From: Syntrophorhabdaceae bacterium
Lineage (GTDB): Bacteria > Desulfobacterota > Syntrophorhabdia > Syntrophorhabdales > Syntrophorhabdaceae
Assembly (NCBI GenBank): GCA_963665295.1
Contig: OY762209.1
Location: forward strand, 4,800,001-4,864,000
Length of the DNA: 64,000 nucleotides
Reading direction: 5' to 3'
The translations under genes and the position numbers were made by a program. A model generated the notes under the pieces. That model searched no databases, was not told the DNA's origin, and worked only from the letters and a program-made list of their open reading frames with translations. This document shows positions 11,615 to 22,432 of the stretch, in pieces (the first letter of the stretch is position 1; every line of letters begins with the position of its first letter).

Positions 11615-11849
11615 TTAATTAGCATAGTTATACCAAAATCGGGGGAAAAAATCAAAGCCAATTGTCCTTGAACACGAAGACCCGCGGAAACAGGACAACT
11701 GACCCCCTCCATTGCGGAGGCCGGGCCACGCCCTGTTTCAGATCAATGTGCCCCGCACCCACCTGACTGTCGTCGCCAATTCCTGTCTGGCGAGAGGCTT
11801 CATGAGGAATTCCCTGATCCCCATGGGGAAGCCCGCGCTGTCGAGGACT

Positions 11850-12041
11850 GCGCTCTTCAACTTCCTGTTGCAGCCTGTCCATAATAACGGTGGCCCTTTG
11901 CAGGCGTTCCGATATATTGTTGAAAGTCCGGCCCAACTCGCAGGCTGAGCCCCCTATGTTCTTCGCAAGAGTGGAAGACGTGATGCCGGCCGAAATGATC
12001 GGCGTGACTCCAGAAGCAAGGACAGGGAACAGGGTACGGAT
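11850..12041 (-). pseudogene. Decayed TM+HAMP sensor fragment
   Basis: A weakly hydrophobic segment followed by ELGRTFNNISERLQRATVIMDRLQQEVEER, resembling HAMP helix 2 plus a signalling helix; no credible start or downstream domain. Confidence 0.45.
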
Positions 12042-12316
12042 ACTATTGTAAACAATACAGTTCCGCTCGGTATTTGCCGCCCGGGACATGGGAAGGGCCC
12101 GTTGTGCCGACCTGAAGGCTGGTTGAGCTGACGGACAAAAAAGGCGAAACAAATACCGTGATTGATGCGGGAACATATGGCATCAGAGGCGCGTTAAGTG
12201 GTATAGTTTATTCGGTTCTTTTTGTTGTTCTCGGAGACTTCGAGAGGAAAGATGGGAGGGGGACGGGGAGCACCGCCGGTAGCTTCCGCGTGTACAAAAC
12301 CAGTTACGGAGGACAC

Positions 12317-15300
12317 GTGAATTCTAGGTCAAAACCAAAAGCACACGAGCCCGAAGAAACCCTCTCCGTAGTGGGAATAGGCGCCTCTGCGGGTGGTCTC
12401 TATTCCCTCGAGTGTTTTCTGTCGGCCTTGCCTGAAAAATTTAATTTTCCTGTCGTTTTCGTGCAGCACCTTCCGGCAACCCACAAGAACCTTCTGCCGG
12501 AGTTGCTCCGTGCGCGAAGGTCCGACCTCGAAATTGAGGAAGCGTCCGACGGACTCCCTCTCCTTCCGGGACGGCTTTACCTGGCTCCGGCGGCTAAAGA
12601 GATCACAATCGAAAAAGGGAAGTTGAAGATATCTCCTTACGCCGATGGCCATATCCACCTTCCCATCGATGAGTTCTTTGTCTCCCTCGCCCGATATACC
12701 CCTGAACGGGCCACTGCGGTCGTCTTCTCCGGGGCAGGCACCGACGGCGCCCTCGGGGCACAGACTCTCAGGGAGGCGGGCGGCACCGTGTTCGTTCAAG
12801 ACCCCGAGACCGCCGAATTCGGCGCAATGCCCCTTGCCGCGATAAGCGCGGGACAGGTGGACGGCGTGCTTTCGCCGCAGGATATCGCCCGGGAAATCGT
12901 CAGGCTTCATGGAGAAGGGGCCTTGTCCGGACCCGGCGGAGACCTCGTCACCGCCAGGGAACTCGAACCGTTTTTCGGACTCATCCATAAGAAGACAGGA
13001 TACCGGTTCAACCATTACAAAAAGAGTGTCGTGGCGAGAAGGATCAGGCGGCGCATGTACCTGCGCTCAGTCCCTTCAGTGAAAGACTACCTTGACATGG
13101 TAGCGCACAAAGAGGGGGAGGCGGCAATGCTCGCGGCGGACCTCATGATCGGCGTCACTTCCTTTTTCAGGGACCAACTCGCCTGGAAAGCCCTTCATCT
13201 CGACGTGACGCGAAAAATCATCGCCGAAGAGAGCGACGCCCCCATCCGGGTCTGGACGCCCGCGTGCGCAACAGGGGAAGAGGCGTACTCCATCGCCATG
13301 ATGCTGGAGCAGGAACTTGAACTGGCGGGTAGGATGAGGGAGGTGCAGGTCTTCGCCACGGACGTGAACGAACGGGCCCTCGATAAGGCCCGGGAAGGCG
13401 TATACCCGTCGGGGGTGACTGCCGACGTCCCGGCGGAGTACATGAAAGAGTTCTTCAGCGAGTCCGAAGACCACCTCTCGGTGGTCATAAACAAAGACCT
13501 TCGCCAAAAGGTGGTGTTTGCGAAACACGACATCCTCGTCGACCCGCCCTTTTCACGACTGGACCTCGTGATCTGTCGCAATCTTTTGATCTACCTGGAA
13601 ACGGAGGCCCAGGAAAAGTGTATGTCCATCTTTCACTATGCCCTGAAAGAGAATGGATACCTCTTCCTCGGAAATGCCGAATCTCCGGGCCGGGACACCA
13701 ACCTCTTTGCCGCCCTTCCCCACAAAAAGTGCCGCGTCTACCGGAAGATGGAGGTCAAACCGCCCACGAAACTGCCGTTCCCGCCCGCTTTTGCCGCCGA
13801 ACAGTCCCCTCTCCTCTTTTCAGGTCCCCAAAAAAGCGTGGATTCCCGGCAATCGGCGGTACTCTTTATCCAGAATGCATTACTTGAAGAATACGCGCCG
13901 GCGGCCGTGGCCATAAATGGCGACTATGATATCGTGTATCTTAACGGCCCGACGCACAGATTTCTGCGCCAGCCCCGGGGGGTCCCCACCCTCAACTTGC
14001 TTGAGCTTCTTCATGAAAGACTCAGGAACCGGATCCGTGCGGCGGTTTACCGCGTAGTCCAGGAGAAAAAGCCTGTGTCGGTCCGTACCGGTATCCCTGA
14101 CGACGGAGGGAGGAGAAGACCGGTGACGATCCGCGTTTCAGGGCTGAAAGAAAACCTTCTTCTCATAGTCTTCCGCGAAAAGAACGGTGTGCCGGGGCAG
14201 GAAGACGCACTCTCCCTGGAGGCCACCGCTGTTGAAGAGACCGCGATGCGACAACTCGAAAACGAGCTATCCACGACACGCGATGACCTTCGAAGCAACA
14301 TTGAGCAACTACGGAGCCTCAATGAGGAACTGCATTCGTCGAATGAGGAACTTCAGGCGGCCAACGAAGAACTCGAGACATCAAGGGAAGAACTTCAGTC
14401 CCTGAATGAGGAGCTGATTACGGTAAATGCTCAGCTCCAGGCGAAGATCGAGGAACAGGAAGCGACTAATAACGACCTGAACAACTTCCTCGCGAGCGCG
14501 GATATTCCCACGATTTTCCTCGATCACCGGCTGCGGGTGCGCCGTTTTACCCCTGCCATGACGAGGTTGATCAAACTTGTCCCCCGGGATGCGGGACGTC
14601 CGATCAGCGACTTTTCACAGGAGAACCTCGGGGGTGACATCGTCCGGGATGCGGGGTCGGTACTCGAGCATCTTTCACCCGTCAGGAAGGAACTACAGAT
14701 CGGCGGCGTATGGTACGTCCGTACTGCCCTCCCGTACCGCACCTCTGACAACCGGATAGAGGGCGTGGTTATTTCCTTTGCGGACATAACGGAAAGCAAG
14801 CTGGCAGAAGAGAACACTCGACATCTCGCGTCTTTCCCCAGCATGAACCCGAACCCCGTGATAGAGATCGATGCCGGCGGCAAAGTGATCTTCCACAACC
14901 CGGCGACAGACAGGATACTCGAGGATCTCGGAATGAGCAAAGACAGCGTGGAGGTCTTCTTTCCCCACGATCTGAAGGATATCTTCCGGAACTGGGACGG
15001 TAAGCAGGGAACAAACCTTCTCCGCACGGTGAAGATAAAGGACCGTATCTTCGGTGAGTCCGTTTTCCTTCACCCCGGGTCTTCCGTGGCGCGGATCTAC
15101 GCCTTCGAGGTCACCGAACGGGAGCGTGCGGAAGAGGCGCTGAGGCAAAACGAAAAGCGGATGAACGCCGCCCAGGAAATAGCCCATCTCGGGGGTTGGG
15201 AGCTTGACCTCGTGAGCAACCACCTTTCCTGGTCGGACGAGGTATACCGTATCTTCGGTTTTACACCCGGGGAATTCGATGCCACCTACGAGGCATTTCT

Positions 15301-17956
15301 CGAAGTGGTGCACCCCGACGACCGGGCCGTCGTCTACGAAGCCTATTCCCGCTCTCTCAGGGAGGGGAGGGATACCTACGAAATCGAGCACCGTGTGATA
15401 AGGAGGTCGGACGGCGAGGTACGCATCGTCCATGAAAAATGCGAACACGTCCGCGACGGGTCCGGCCGCATTATCAAGTCTATCGGGATGGTGCACGATA
15501 TCACGGAGGCCAAGCAAGGAGAGGAAATCCTCAGGAAAAGTCTCGAAAGACTCGACATTATTTCGAGCACGGCAAGTCAGCTCCTTATGAGCCGGGAGCC
15601 GCAGAAGATCGTCGAGTCCCTGTGCCGGAGAGTCATGGAACACCTCGACTGCCATGCCTTTTTCAACTACCTTGTAGATGAAGGGGGCGGTTATCTCACT
15701 CTCAATGCATACGCCGGGATCCCGGAAGAAAATGCGCGGGAGATACATGTTCTCACCTTCGGGACCGCGGTGTGCGGATGCGCGGCGAGGGATGCGTGCA
15801 GGATCGTTGCCGAGCACATCCCTACCACGCCCGACATAAGGACCGACCTCGTCCGTTCCTTCGGCATCAAGGCCTACGCATGCCACCCTCTTCTCATCGA
15901 AGGACAGGTTATCGGGACCCTTTCATTCGGCACAAAGACGCGGCTTACCTTCGAGGAGGACGAACTCTCCCTCATGAAGAACGTAGCAGATCAGGTAGCC
16001 ACCGCCATGGAGCGCATGAAGCTCCTCCATTCCCAGAAGGAACGGGCGGACGAACTGCAGAGGCGGGTTGAGGAGAGAACCGCCGAACTGGCCCGGCAGG
16101 CAGGCCTCCTGGACCTCGCACACGACGCCATAATCGTAAGGGACGAAGACGGCAGGATCGGCTTCTGGAGTTCAGGCGCGGAAGACACCTATGGCTGGAC
16201 CAGAGAAGAAGCGCTCGGCAGGATTACCCACACGCTCCTCGAGACGAGGTTTCCCTTCCCTCTCACGGAGATTGATAACATTATCCGCACAAAAGGCCGT
16301 TGGGAAGGAGAACTCAGACATACCACGAAGGCCGGGAAACGCATTGTCGTGCTCAGCCGGTGGGCGGTAAGGCCTGGCGTGACCCCGGGGTCACACGAGA
16401 TTATGGAGATAAACTGCGACATTACCGACCGCAAGCACGCTGAAGAGATCCTTCGTGTGGCGGGTGAATATAACAGGAGTCTTCTTGAAGTAAGCCTCGA
16501 CCCCCTTGTCACCATCGACCGCGAGGGCAGAATCAGCGATGTCAATAAGGCCACGGAGAACGTAACCGGATATTCCAGGGAAGTCCTCATCGGCAAGGAC
16601 TTTTCCGACTACTTCACCGACCCTGAAAAGGCAAAGGCCAGCTACGAACTGGCGTTCAGGGAAGGACTTGTCCGGGACTACGAACTTTCGATCCGCCATC
16701 AGGACGGACATGTAACGCCGGTCTTTTACAATGCCTCCGTTTACAAGGACGCTTCAGGCAAGGTGGCGGGCGTGTTCGCGGCAGCCCGGGACGTCACCGA
16801 ACAGCGCCGTCTCGAAGAACACCTGCGACAATCGCATAAAATGGAAGCCATCGGCACCCTGGCGGGAGGCATCGCCCACGATTTCAATAATATCCTGGCC
16901 TCGATCCTGGGTTATACCGAAATGGCCGTGGAAGATGTGCCGGACCGTCCCGAGGTGGAAAAAAACCTCCGGAATGTGCTGAAATCGGCGGTCAGGGCGC
17001 GGGACCTCGTGAAACAGATACTCGCCTTCAGCCGGAAGAGCGATGAAGTGAGGAACCCCTTGTCCTTGTCACCCCTCATCGAGGAGACGGTGCAGTTCCT
17101 CAGGGCTTCGATTCCTACCACCATCGACATAAGGCTCGGGATGAGCGCGGGATCGGACACCGTCGTTGCATCGCCTACTGAAGTGCACCAGATACTCATG
17201 AACCTCTGCACCAACGCAGCCTCCGCCATGGAAGAAGGGGGCGGAGTTCTCGATATCAGCCTCGCCGGCATCGAATTCGGGCTCGATCCGACCTATCCCG
17301 GCCTCAACATACTGCCCGGGAAGTATGTCCGGCTCTCGGTAAGGGACACGGGCGCCGGCATGACCAAGGACATAATCAAGAGGGTATTCGAGCCGTTTTT
17401 CACCACCAAGGAAGTGGGCCGGGGTACAGGAATGGGTCTTGCGGTAGTCTACGGAATCGTGAAGGATTTGCATGGAGCCATCACCGTCGAGAGCGAACCC
17501 GGGACCGGTTCCGTCTTCCACGTATTTCTCCCCCTTGTGGAAGCCCACGTGGAAGAGGAGCATGGAGGCGCCGACGGCGTTCCCCGGGGCAGTGAGAGAA
17601 TCCTTTTTGTCGACGACGAGGACCTTCTTATGGAATGGGGGCAGGCAACCCTGGAACGGCTCGGCTATAAAGTGACGACGACCGCGGGCAGCGCCGAGGC
17701 CCTTGCCGTCTTTTCCAAGGACCCGTCCCGGTTCGACCTCGTGATCACCGATCAGACCATGCCTGTCATGACCGGGGTGCAACTGGCCGCCCGGATATTA
17801 TCCATGAGAAGCGACGTCCCGATTATCCTCTGTACAGGACACAGCGAAACGGTTTCGCCCGATCAGGCGAAGACCATGGGGATTCGCGAGTTCCTCATGA
17901 AACCCGTCACCAGGCAGGAGCTTGCCCATGCAGTCCGGCGGGCCCTCGACCGGTAG
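12317..17956 (+). CDS. Hybrid CheB-CheR / multi-PAS / GAF / histidine kinase / receiver protein
   Basis: CheB GASAGG, VQHL, GTDG; CheR TSFFRD, CATGEE, CRNLLIY; coiled coil EELQAANEELETSREELQS; several PAS/PAC; GAF; AHDFNN H-box, GTGMGL, receiver DQTMP. GTG start after GGAGG. Confidence 0.92.
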   Translation: MNSRSKPKAHEPEETLSVVGIGASAGGLYSLECFLSALPEKFNFPVVFVQHLPATHKNLLPELLRARRSDLEIEEASDGLPLLPGRLYLAPAAKEITIEKGKLKISPYADGHIHLPIDEFFVSLARYTPERATAVVFSGAGTDGALGAQTLREAGGTVFVQDPETAEFGAMPLAAISAGQVDGVLSPQDIAREIVRLHGEGALSGPGGDLVTARELEPFFGLIHKKTGYRFNHYKKSVVARRIRRRMYLRSVPSVKDYLDMVAHKEGEAAMLAADLMIGVTSFFRDQLAWKALHLDVTRKIIAEESDAPIRVWTPACATGEEAYSIAMMLEQELELAGRMREVQVFATDVNERALDKAREGVYPSGVTADVPAEYMKEFFSESEDHLSVVINKDLRQKVVFAKHDILVDPPFSRLDLVICRNLLIYLETEAQEKCMSIFHYALKENGYLFLGNAESPGRDTNLFAALPHKKCRVYRKMEVKPPTKLPFPPAFAAEQSPLLFSGPQKSVDSRQSAVLFIQNALLEEYAPAAVAINGDYDIVYLNGPTHRFLRQPRGVPTLNLLELLHERLRNRIRAAVYRVVQEKKPVSVRTGIPDDGGRRRPVTIRVSGLKENLLLIVFREKNGVPGQEDALSLEATAVEETAMRQLENELSTTRDDLRSNIEQLRSLNEELHSSNEELQAANEELETSREELQSLNEELITVNAQLQAKIEEQEATNNDLNNFLASADIPTIFLDHRLRVRRFTPAMTRLIKLVPRDAGRPISDFSQENLGGDIVRDAGSVLEHLSPVRKELQIGGVWYVRTALPYRTSDNRIEGVVISFADITESKLAEENTRHLASFPSMNPNPVIEIDAGGKVIFHNPATDRILEDLGMSKDSVEVFFPHDLKDIFRNWDGKQGTNLLRTVKIKDRIFGESVFLHPGSSVARIYAFEVTERERAEEALRQNEKRMNAAQEIAHLGGWELDLVSNHLSWSDEVYRIFGFTPGEFDATYEAFLEVVHPDDRAVVYEAYSRSLREGRDTYEIEHRVIRRSDGEVRIVHEKCEHVRDGSGRIIKSIGMVHDITEAKQGEEILRKSLERLDIISSTASQLLMSREPQKIVESLCRRVMEHLDCHAFFNYLVDEGGGYLTLNAYAGIPEENAREIHVLTFGTAVCGCAARDACRIVAEHIPTTPDIRTDLVRSFGIKAYACHPLLIEGQVIGTLSFGTKTRLTFEEDELSLMKNVADQVATAMERMKLLHSQKERADELQRRVEERTAELARQAGLLDLAHDAIIVRDEDGRIGFWSSGAEDTYGWTREEALGRITHTLLETRFPFPLTEIDNIIRTKGRWEGELRHTTKAGKRIVVLSRWAVRPGVTPGSHEIMEINCDITDRKHAEEILRVAGEYNRSLLEVSLDPLVTIDREGRISDVNKATENVTGYSREVLIGKDFSDYFTDPEKAKASYELAFREGLVRDYELSIRHQDGHVTPVFYNASVYKDASGKVAGVFAAARDVTEQRRLEEHLRQSHKMEAIGTLAGGIAHDFNNILASILGYTEMAVEDVPDRPEVEKNLRNVLKSAVRARDLVKQILAFSRKSDEVRNPLSLSPLIEETVQFLRASIPTTIDIRLGMSAGSDTVVASPTEVHQILMNLCTNAASAMEEGGGVLDISLAGIEFGLDPTYPGLNILPGKYVRLSVRDTGAGMTKDIIKRVFEPFFTTKEVGRGTGMGLAVVYGIVKDLHGAITVESEPGTGSVFHVFLPLVEAHVEEEHGGADGVPRGSERILFVDDEDLLMEWGQATLERLGYKVTTTAGSAEALAVFSKDPSRFDLVITDQTMPVMTGVQLAARILSMRSDVPIILCTGHSETVSPDQAKTMGIREFLMKPVTRQELAHAVRRALDR

Positions 17957-18087
17957 AAGTTCCTCCCTTTTCCGTGAAAAGGACCGGAGCGGCACATGGC
18001 ACACGACGCAACAAGCCGGGCATTCATTAATATGAGGGATGATTTCGGCAGGCTGCCCTGAAAGGGGCGGCGGACAAGAGTACACAG

Positions 18088-18120
18088 AGGGGCCGTCCGC
18101 GTCGATCGCGGACGGCCCCT
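18088..18120. terminator. Perfect 14-bp inverted repeat between convergent genes
   Basis: aggggccgtccgcg-tcgat-cgcggacggcccct. Confidence 0.55.
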
Positions 18121-18176
18121 GACTATCACCACGATCCAGAGGAAAGTCCGGCATTCGCTCTCCCGGTCTATTTCTT

Positions 18177-20834
18177 TTACTCCTCCTCGTCCCACTCCTC
18201 ATTCATCACCAAAGCGGTGGTGCCGCCGGCGAGGACCGACAGTTTTACTGCCCCAATGGTGCGATAGACTTCGCTTGGGCTCCGTTTCCTGCCGTCCACC
18301 ATGAGGAGGTGGTCTTCAATGGATACGCCGAGGAGGCGTTCGTTCTCTCTCAAATAAGGTAGTATCAACTCCCAGTCTTTATCGTCAAAAGGCATTATCT
18401 GTCCTCCGTTCAACTGCTCCTGAACGATCGTCCCGTGAGGGTCGCGGACAAATATCGCCCCTCCCGAGGCGAGGGAGAAGAGGTTGGAGCCCGGGTACGG
18501 CGTATCGAGGGGGATCACCTTCCCGTCGTCCCCAAAGGTGAGACCGTTCAGGATCACGAAGCCGCCGCCGTTGTATGGGTCTCCCGCCATAAACGATTCC
18601 GCGAGGAAATCGAGGGCCGTGCCGTTAATCACGACTCTGGGCTTGCCGGCGGCATTGATGAGCGGACGCCCCGCCGCATTGCCGAGCACATAGACTTCTC
18701 CGCCCTTGGCCCCGTACATGAACGTCTGGCCCACGTCGCCGTACACGACGAGTTTGCCCGACTTGAGTATCTGTCCAAGTTGGTCCTGGGCGTTGCCGTG
18801 GACATGTATCTCAAGGCCGTCGATACCTGATGCAAGGTAGTCGCCGGTGGAATCGAAGGCATCGATGCGCACACCCGTAGAGTTGGGACCGAATCCGCAA
18901 CCCAGAAAGCGCTGTCCCCGATGGCCGAAACATATGAACCGTTTCCACCCTAGCTTATAGGCATTGGATATAAGGCTTGCAAAGGAATCATCGCCTTCCG
19001 GCGGAAATTTGCCTGCGTCGGCCACAAGCACCCGCTCACCCGACTCGGGAGCCCTGAGCGCAAGGCGACTGTCCCAATCGATCCGCCGTCCGTAAAGCAC
19101 GGCTCCCTTTGCATCGATCAGGGGAATCGCCCTGAAGATCGAATCGAGGGTGTTCGAAACCATCTGCAGCACCGACCTCCGTCTCTTGCTCCCAAGAGAA
19201 TAGCGCCTGTCGAGAAGACGGGAAAGAAGGCCGATTACCGGGCCTTTCAGATCATCCTCTTCCGCAAGGGCGGTGAGAAGGTCGAGGAACGTATAAAATC
19301 TTGAATAATCCCACTTCGCAAACCCCTCTTTCAAGTCGCTGAAGAGTTTTTCCGTGTTCTTCTTTGACAATTCCCTTACGATCGTCCTCAAGTTGTCTAC
19401 ATGGAAAGTAGGCGTACGAGGCAGCTCCGTGCGAAAATCATGAGGCGTCTGGTCTTTCGGGACATCGATGGCGCGTCCGAATTTGTCCGTGCACGTAAGG
19501 TCCATCTTGCCGGGCATCGACTCCTTCACGGTAAAGATGAACGCGCCGCCGTCCGTATAGCTCCCGCCGCGGGCGTTCCAGTATCTGTCGGCCACGGTCC
19601 CGAAACGGGGATCTTCTTCCGCAAGACTCGCGAGGGTGGCATCTAATGCCTGCTTTTCCGAGCAGATAAGACCTATCTCCACTTCACCCTTTTGAAGGGC
19701 GAAGACCTGGGGCCTCAGCATCGCCGTATCGGTGATACCGATGAGCTGGTACTGTTTGTTCTGAACATCCGTGCGGGCAATGATAAAGAACCATGGTCCG
19801 TCGGGAGAACCGTGGATATGGGCCGCCTGGATCTGTCTGTAGATGGGTTGTTTTTCCCGGGGAAGGTGATCGAAGTCCATCTCTCCCGTAGGTGCAAGGG
19901 CTTCGATGATATATTCCAAGGGATAACCGTAGACCCTGTTCAAAAGGTCGAATACCTGCACGGAAACCTCCGTATCCGTGAGGAACAGGGGATAGACGTT
20001 CCGTTGTTTCAAATATTCGGAAACCGAATAATAGTTCGCGAAGTCTCCATTGTGCACCAGGGCCTCGTCGAGCCCGATGAAGGGATGGGCGCCGCCCGGA
20101 TGCCACACGCGGCCTTTCGTCGGATAGCGCTGGTGAGCTATCCATATATGGGCATCGAAGTTCTCAAGTTTGTAGTACTGCGCCACCTGTTCGGCATAAC
20201 CCACGATCTTGAGTATCATCATGTTCCTGCCGTGAGAAAGGACGAAGGCTCTCTTTTCGCCAAGGGCGCTGTAAAGGTTCAGATTCAATTGGTACGTATT
20301 CTGATAGACGAACTCTTCTTCCGCCTTGTAATCGGGAAGCATCTCAAGGCGCCGCTCCTTCTTGAAGGCGGCGAGGACTTCGGGTTTTACCCTCACAAAA
20401 TACCGTTTCACCTGGGGGGGCTTCATTTCGAGGCCCGGCACATCCCTGTAGTCATCCACTGTTTCGATGAAGGATTCATGGTCAACCCGGAAGAAAGGCC
20501 TGATAAAGCGCGCTTCAAGCTCGGGCACCACTGTTTCATCGAGGAGCGCTATCTGAAGAAGAAAATCATTGTCGAGTATCTCCCGGCTTACCCCGAGTTT
20601 TTCGGGAGTGAGTCCTACTGCCGAGAGACCCCCGCCCTTACCGTTTCCCCTGTTGTGCATCTGTATGGAGGGCTCGATGATGTGACGACCGCTCACGGGG
20701 ATGTTACAAACAAAACCGGTAACCCCGCATCCACCTTCTTCCGCCTCTATGCCGGCCTGTTTTACACGTGCTTCAGCGTCCCGGAAGTGGTAGCGCGCAT
20801 CTATTATTGCTTCTCTTATGCTTCTCTGTTTCAT
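18177..20834 (-). CDS. Glutamate synthase subunit: class II amidotransferase fused to a GXGXG domain (GltB1-GltB3 type)
   Basis: EEGGCGV (Cys36 after a propeptide), AHQRYPT, GAHPF, HNGD, TDTE; C-terminal GNAQDQ..GDVGQ..GAKGG repeats. Confidence 0.88.
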   Translation of the reverse strand: MKQRSIREAIIDARYHFRDAEARVKQAGIEAEEGGCGVTGFVCNIPVSGRHIIEPSIQMHNRGNGKGGGLSAVGLTPEKLGVSREILDNDFLLQIALLDETVVPELEARFIRPFFRVDHESFIETVDDYRDVPGLEMKPPQVKRYFVRVKPEVLAAFKKERRLEMLPDYKAEEEFVYQNTYQLNLNLYSALGEKRAFVLSHGRNMMILKIVGYAEQVAQYYKLENFDAHIWIAHQRYPTKGRVWHPGGAHPFIGLDEALVHNGDFANYYSVSEYLKQRNVYPLFLTDTEVSVQVFDLLNRVYGYPLEYIIEALAPTGEMDFDHLPREKQPIYRQIQAAHIHGSPDGPWFFIIARTDVQNKQYQLIGITDTAMLRPQVFALQKGEVEIGLICSEKQALDATLASLAEEDPRFGTVADRYWNARGGSYTDGGAFIFTVKESMPGKMDLTCTDKFGRAIDVPKDQTPHDFRTELPRTPTFHVDNLRTIVRELSKKNTEKLFSDLKEGFAKWDYSRFYTFLDLLTALAEEDDLKGPVIGLLSRLLDRRYSLGSKRRRSVLQMVSNTLDSIFRAIPLIDAKGAVLYGRRIDWDSRLALRAPESGERVLVADAGKFPPEGDDSFASLISNAYKLGWKRFICFGHRGQRFLGCGFGPNSTGVRIDAFDSTGDYLASGIDGLEIHVHGNAQDQLGQILKSGKLVVYGDVGQTFMYGAKGGEVYVLGNAAGRPLINAAGKPRVVINGTALDFLAESFMAGDPYNGGGFVILNGLTFGDDGKVIPLDTPYPGSNLFSLASGGAIFVRDPHGTIVQEQLNGGQIMPFDDKDWELILPYLRENERLLGVSIEDHLLMVDGRKRSPSEVYRTIGAVKLSVLAGGTTALVMNEEWDEEE

Positions 20835-20907
20835 ATCAAGACCTCATTTTCTTGGGGTAGAGCTTTCTCATTCAGTGCACGGCGCGGAATGCAAAACATT
20901 GTCCGCT

Positions 20908-22428
20908 CTAGATGTCCAGTTCCCCGTCTATCTCTTCCTTCTTTATGTAGTCAAGATGGGCGATTACATCAAAACGCCCCGTCAATTCCGTAACGCTCTT
21001 CATACCAAACCGCTTGAGGATGGAGACAAGCTGTCTGCGCCACACCGTGTACATATTGATGATACGCTGTGTTGCCCATTCCAGGTTCATGAGACCCGTG
21101 AGCCCTTCATCCGTAGTGGCAATCCCGCGGGCGCATCCCCGGCCCGACTCGCAGTGGTGACAGCGAATGCATTCAAGGGCCACGAGATCGGCGGTCCCGA
21201 GACAGACGCCGTTGGCGCCCATGGCGATCGCTTTTGCAAGATCGTAAGCCGAGCGTATGCCGCCGCTCGCTATGATGGTTATATTGTCCCTTATACCCTC
21301 TTCGCAGAGAAACTTGTGTACTTTGGGGAGGGCATATTCGATAGGCATGGCGATATTCTTCTTCGCGATATCAGGGGCTGCCCCTGTTCCGCCGTAGCTT
21401 CCGTCGAGCTGCACGATATGTGCCCCCGCGTAGTAGCTTCCCACCGCAACCATGTCGACATCCGTGGGGGTCGAAACCTTCACGGACACGAGGGCGCGCG
21501 GGTTTGTCTCCTTTATCCAGTCCACATGTTTCTTGTGGTCTTCAACCGAGTAGACGCTGTGAAAGGGGAACGGCGAAAAAAGGGCGCTCCCGGGCACGGC
21601 CTCGCGCATGGCAGCCACGCGGGGCGTTACCTTATCGCCAAGAAGGTGGCCTCCCAGACCTGGTTTCGCGCCCTGGGCGTATTTGAATTCCACTATCCTC
21701 ACTCTTTTGATCGTCTCTTCTCTGACGCCGAAAAGGCCCGTTGCCACCTGGGTAATAATGTGGTCGTCATAGGGCATAAGCTCTTCAGGGTATCCGCCCT
21801 CGCCCGTACAGCAGAAGGTATTCAGAGCCGAAGCGGCTCTGACGCGGGAGAGCATGGTTACAATACTTACGGAACCGAAGGACATGCCGCCGAGATAAAA
21901 AGGAACCGGGATGGTAATCCTGGGTCGCGAATCTCCGGAACGGTTCAACTCGATGGCCGTCGAAATCTCTTCTTCCGCCACCGGGGCCTTGTCCTGGGTG
22001 GGAAAGATGAAACGAAGCTTGTCGAAGCCGCCGCCCGAATCACCGGTTTTATAGTTCAGGTCCTGGTGCGGAATATTCCCTGTTTCCGCCATATGCCAGG
22101 TACCCGCAAGAAGTTCTGCGGGCCACCGTCTGTCTCCGAGTATCTCGAAGGACGGATTAAGGCTCAGGTGTATGGCCTTCTCCGGGCATCTGGTCACGCA
22201 GTGAAAATCATTCTTGCTGCAGGGAAAACCAAGGCAGAGGTGGTCCAGCGCGGGCTTGGGTCTCTTCTTCCCGGCCCTGAAGACCCCGTGGGGACAAAGG
22301 TCCACACATAGTCCGCAGTTATTGCACGCCTTGCTCACCGCCACGCGATACTTGCCAAGGGCATTACGGAAGCGGCTCGGCACCGGCTTAATTTCAGGAA
22401 ATGTGAATGTTCGTGATTCGCTTGCCAT
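20908..22428 (-). CDS. Glutamate synthase FMN-binding subunit (GltB2 type) with N-terminal ferredoxin
   Basis: CNNCGLCVDLCP; GGMSFG, TGEGG, QVATG, KYAQGAKPGLGGHL, DGSYGGTGAAP, CIRCHHC. Confidence 0.9.
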   Translation of the reverse strand: MASESRTFTFPEIKPVPSRFRNALGKYRVAVSKACNNCGLCVDLCPHGVFRAGKKRPKPALDHLCLGFPCSKNDFHCVTRCPEKAIHLSLNPSFEILGDRRWPAELLAGTWHMAETGNIPHQDLNYKTGDSGGGFDKLRFIFPTQDKAPVAEEEISTAIELNRSGDSRPRITIPVPFYLGGMSFGSVSIVTMLSRVRAASALNTFCCTGEGGYPEELMPYDDHIITQVATGLFGVREETIKRVRIVEFKYAQGAKPGLGGHLLGDKVTPRVAAMREAVPGSALFSPFPFHSVYSVEDHKKHVDWIKETNPRALVSVKVSTPTDVDMVAVGSYYAGAHIVQLDGSYGGTGAAPDIAKKNIAMPIEYALPKVHKFLCEEGIRDNITIIASGGIRSAYDLAKAIAMGANGVCLGTADLVALECIRCHHCESGRGCARGIATTDEGLTGLMNLEWATQRIINMYTVWRRQLVSILKRFGMKSVTELTGRFDVIAHLDYIKKEEIDGELDI

Positions 22429-22432
22429 TACA

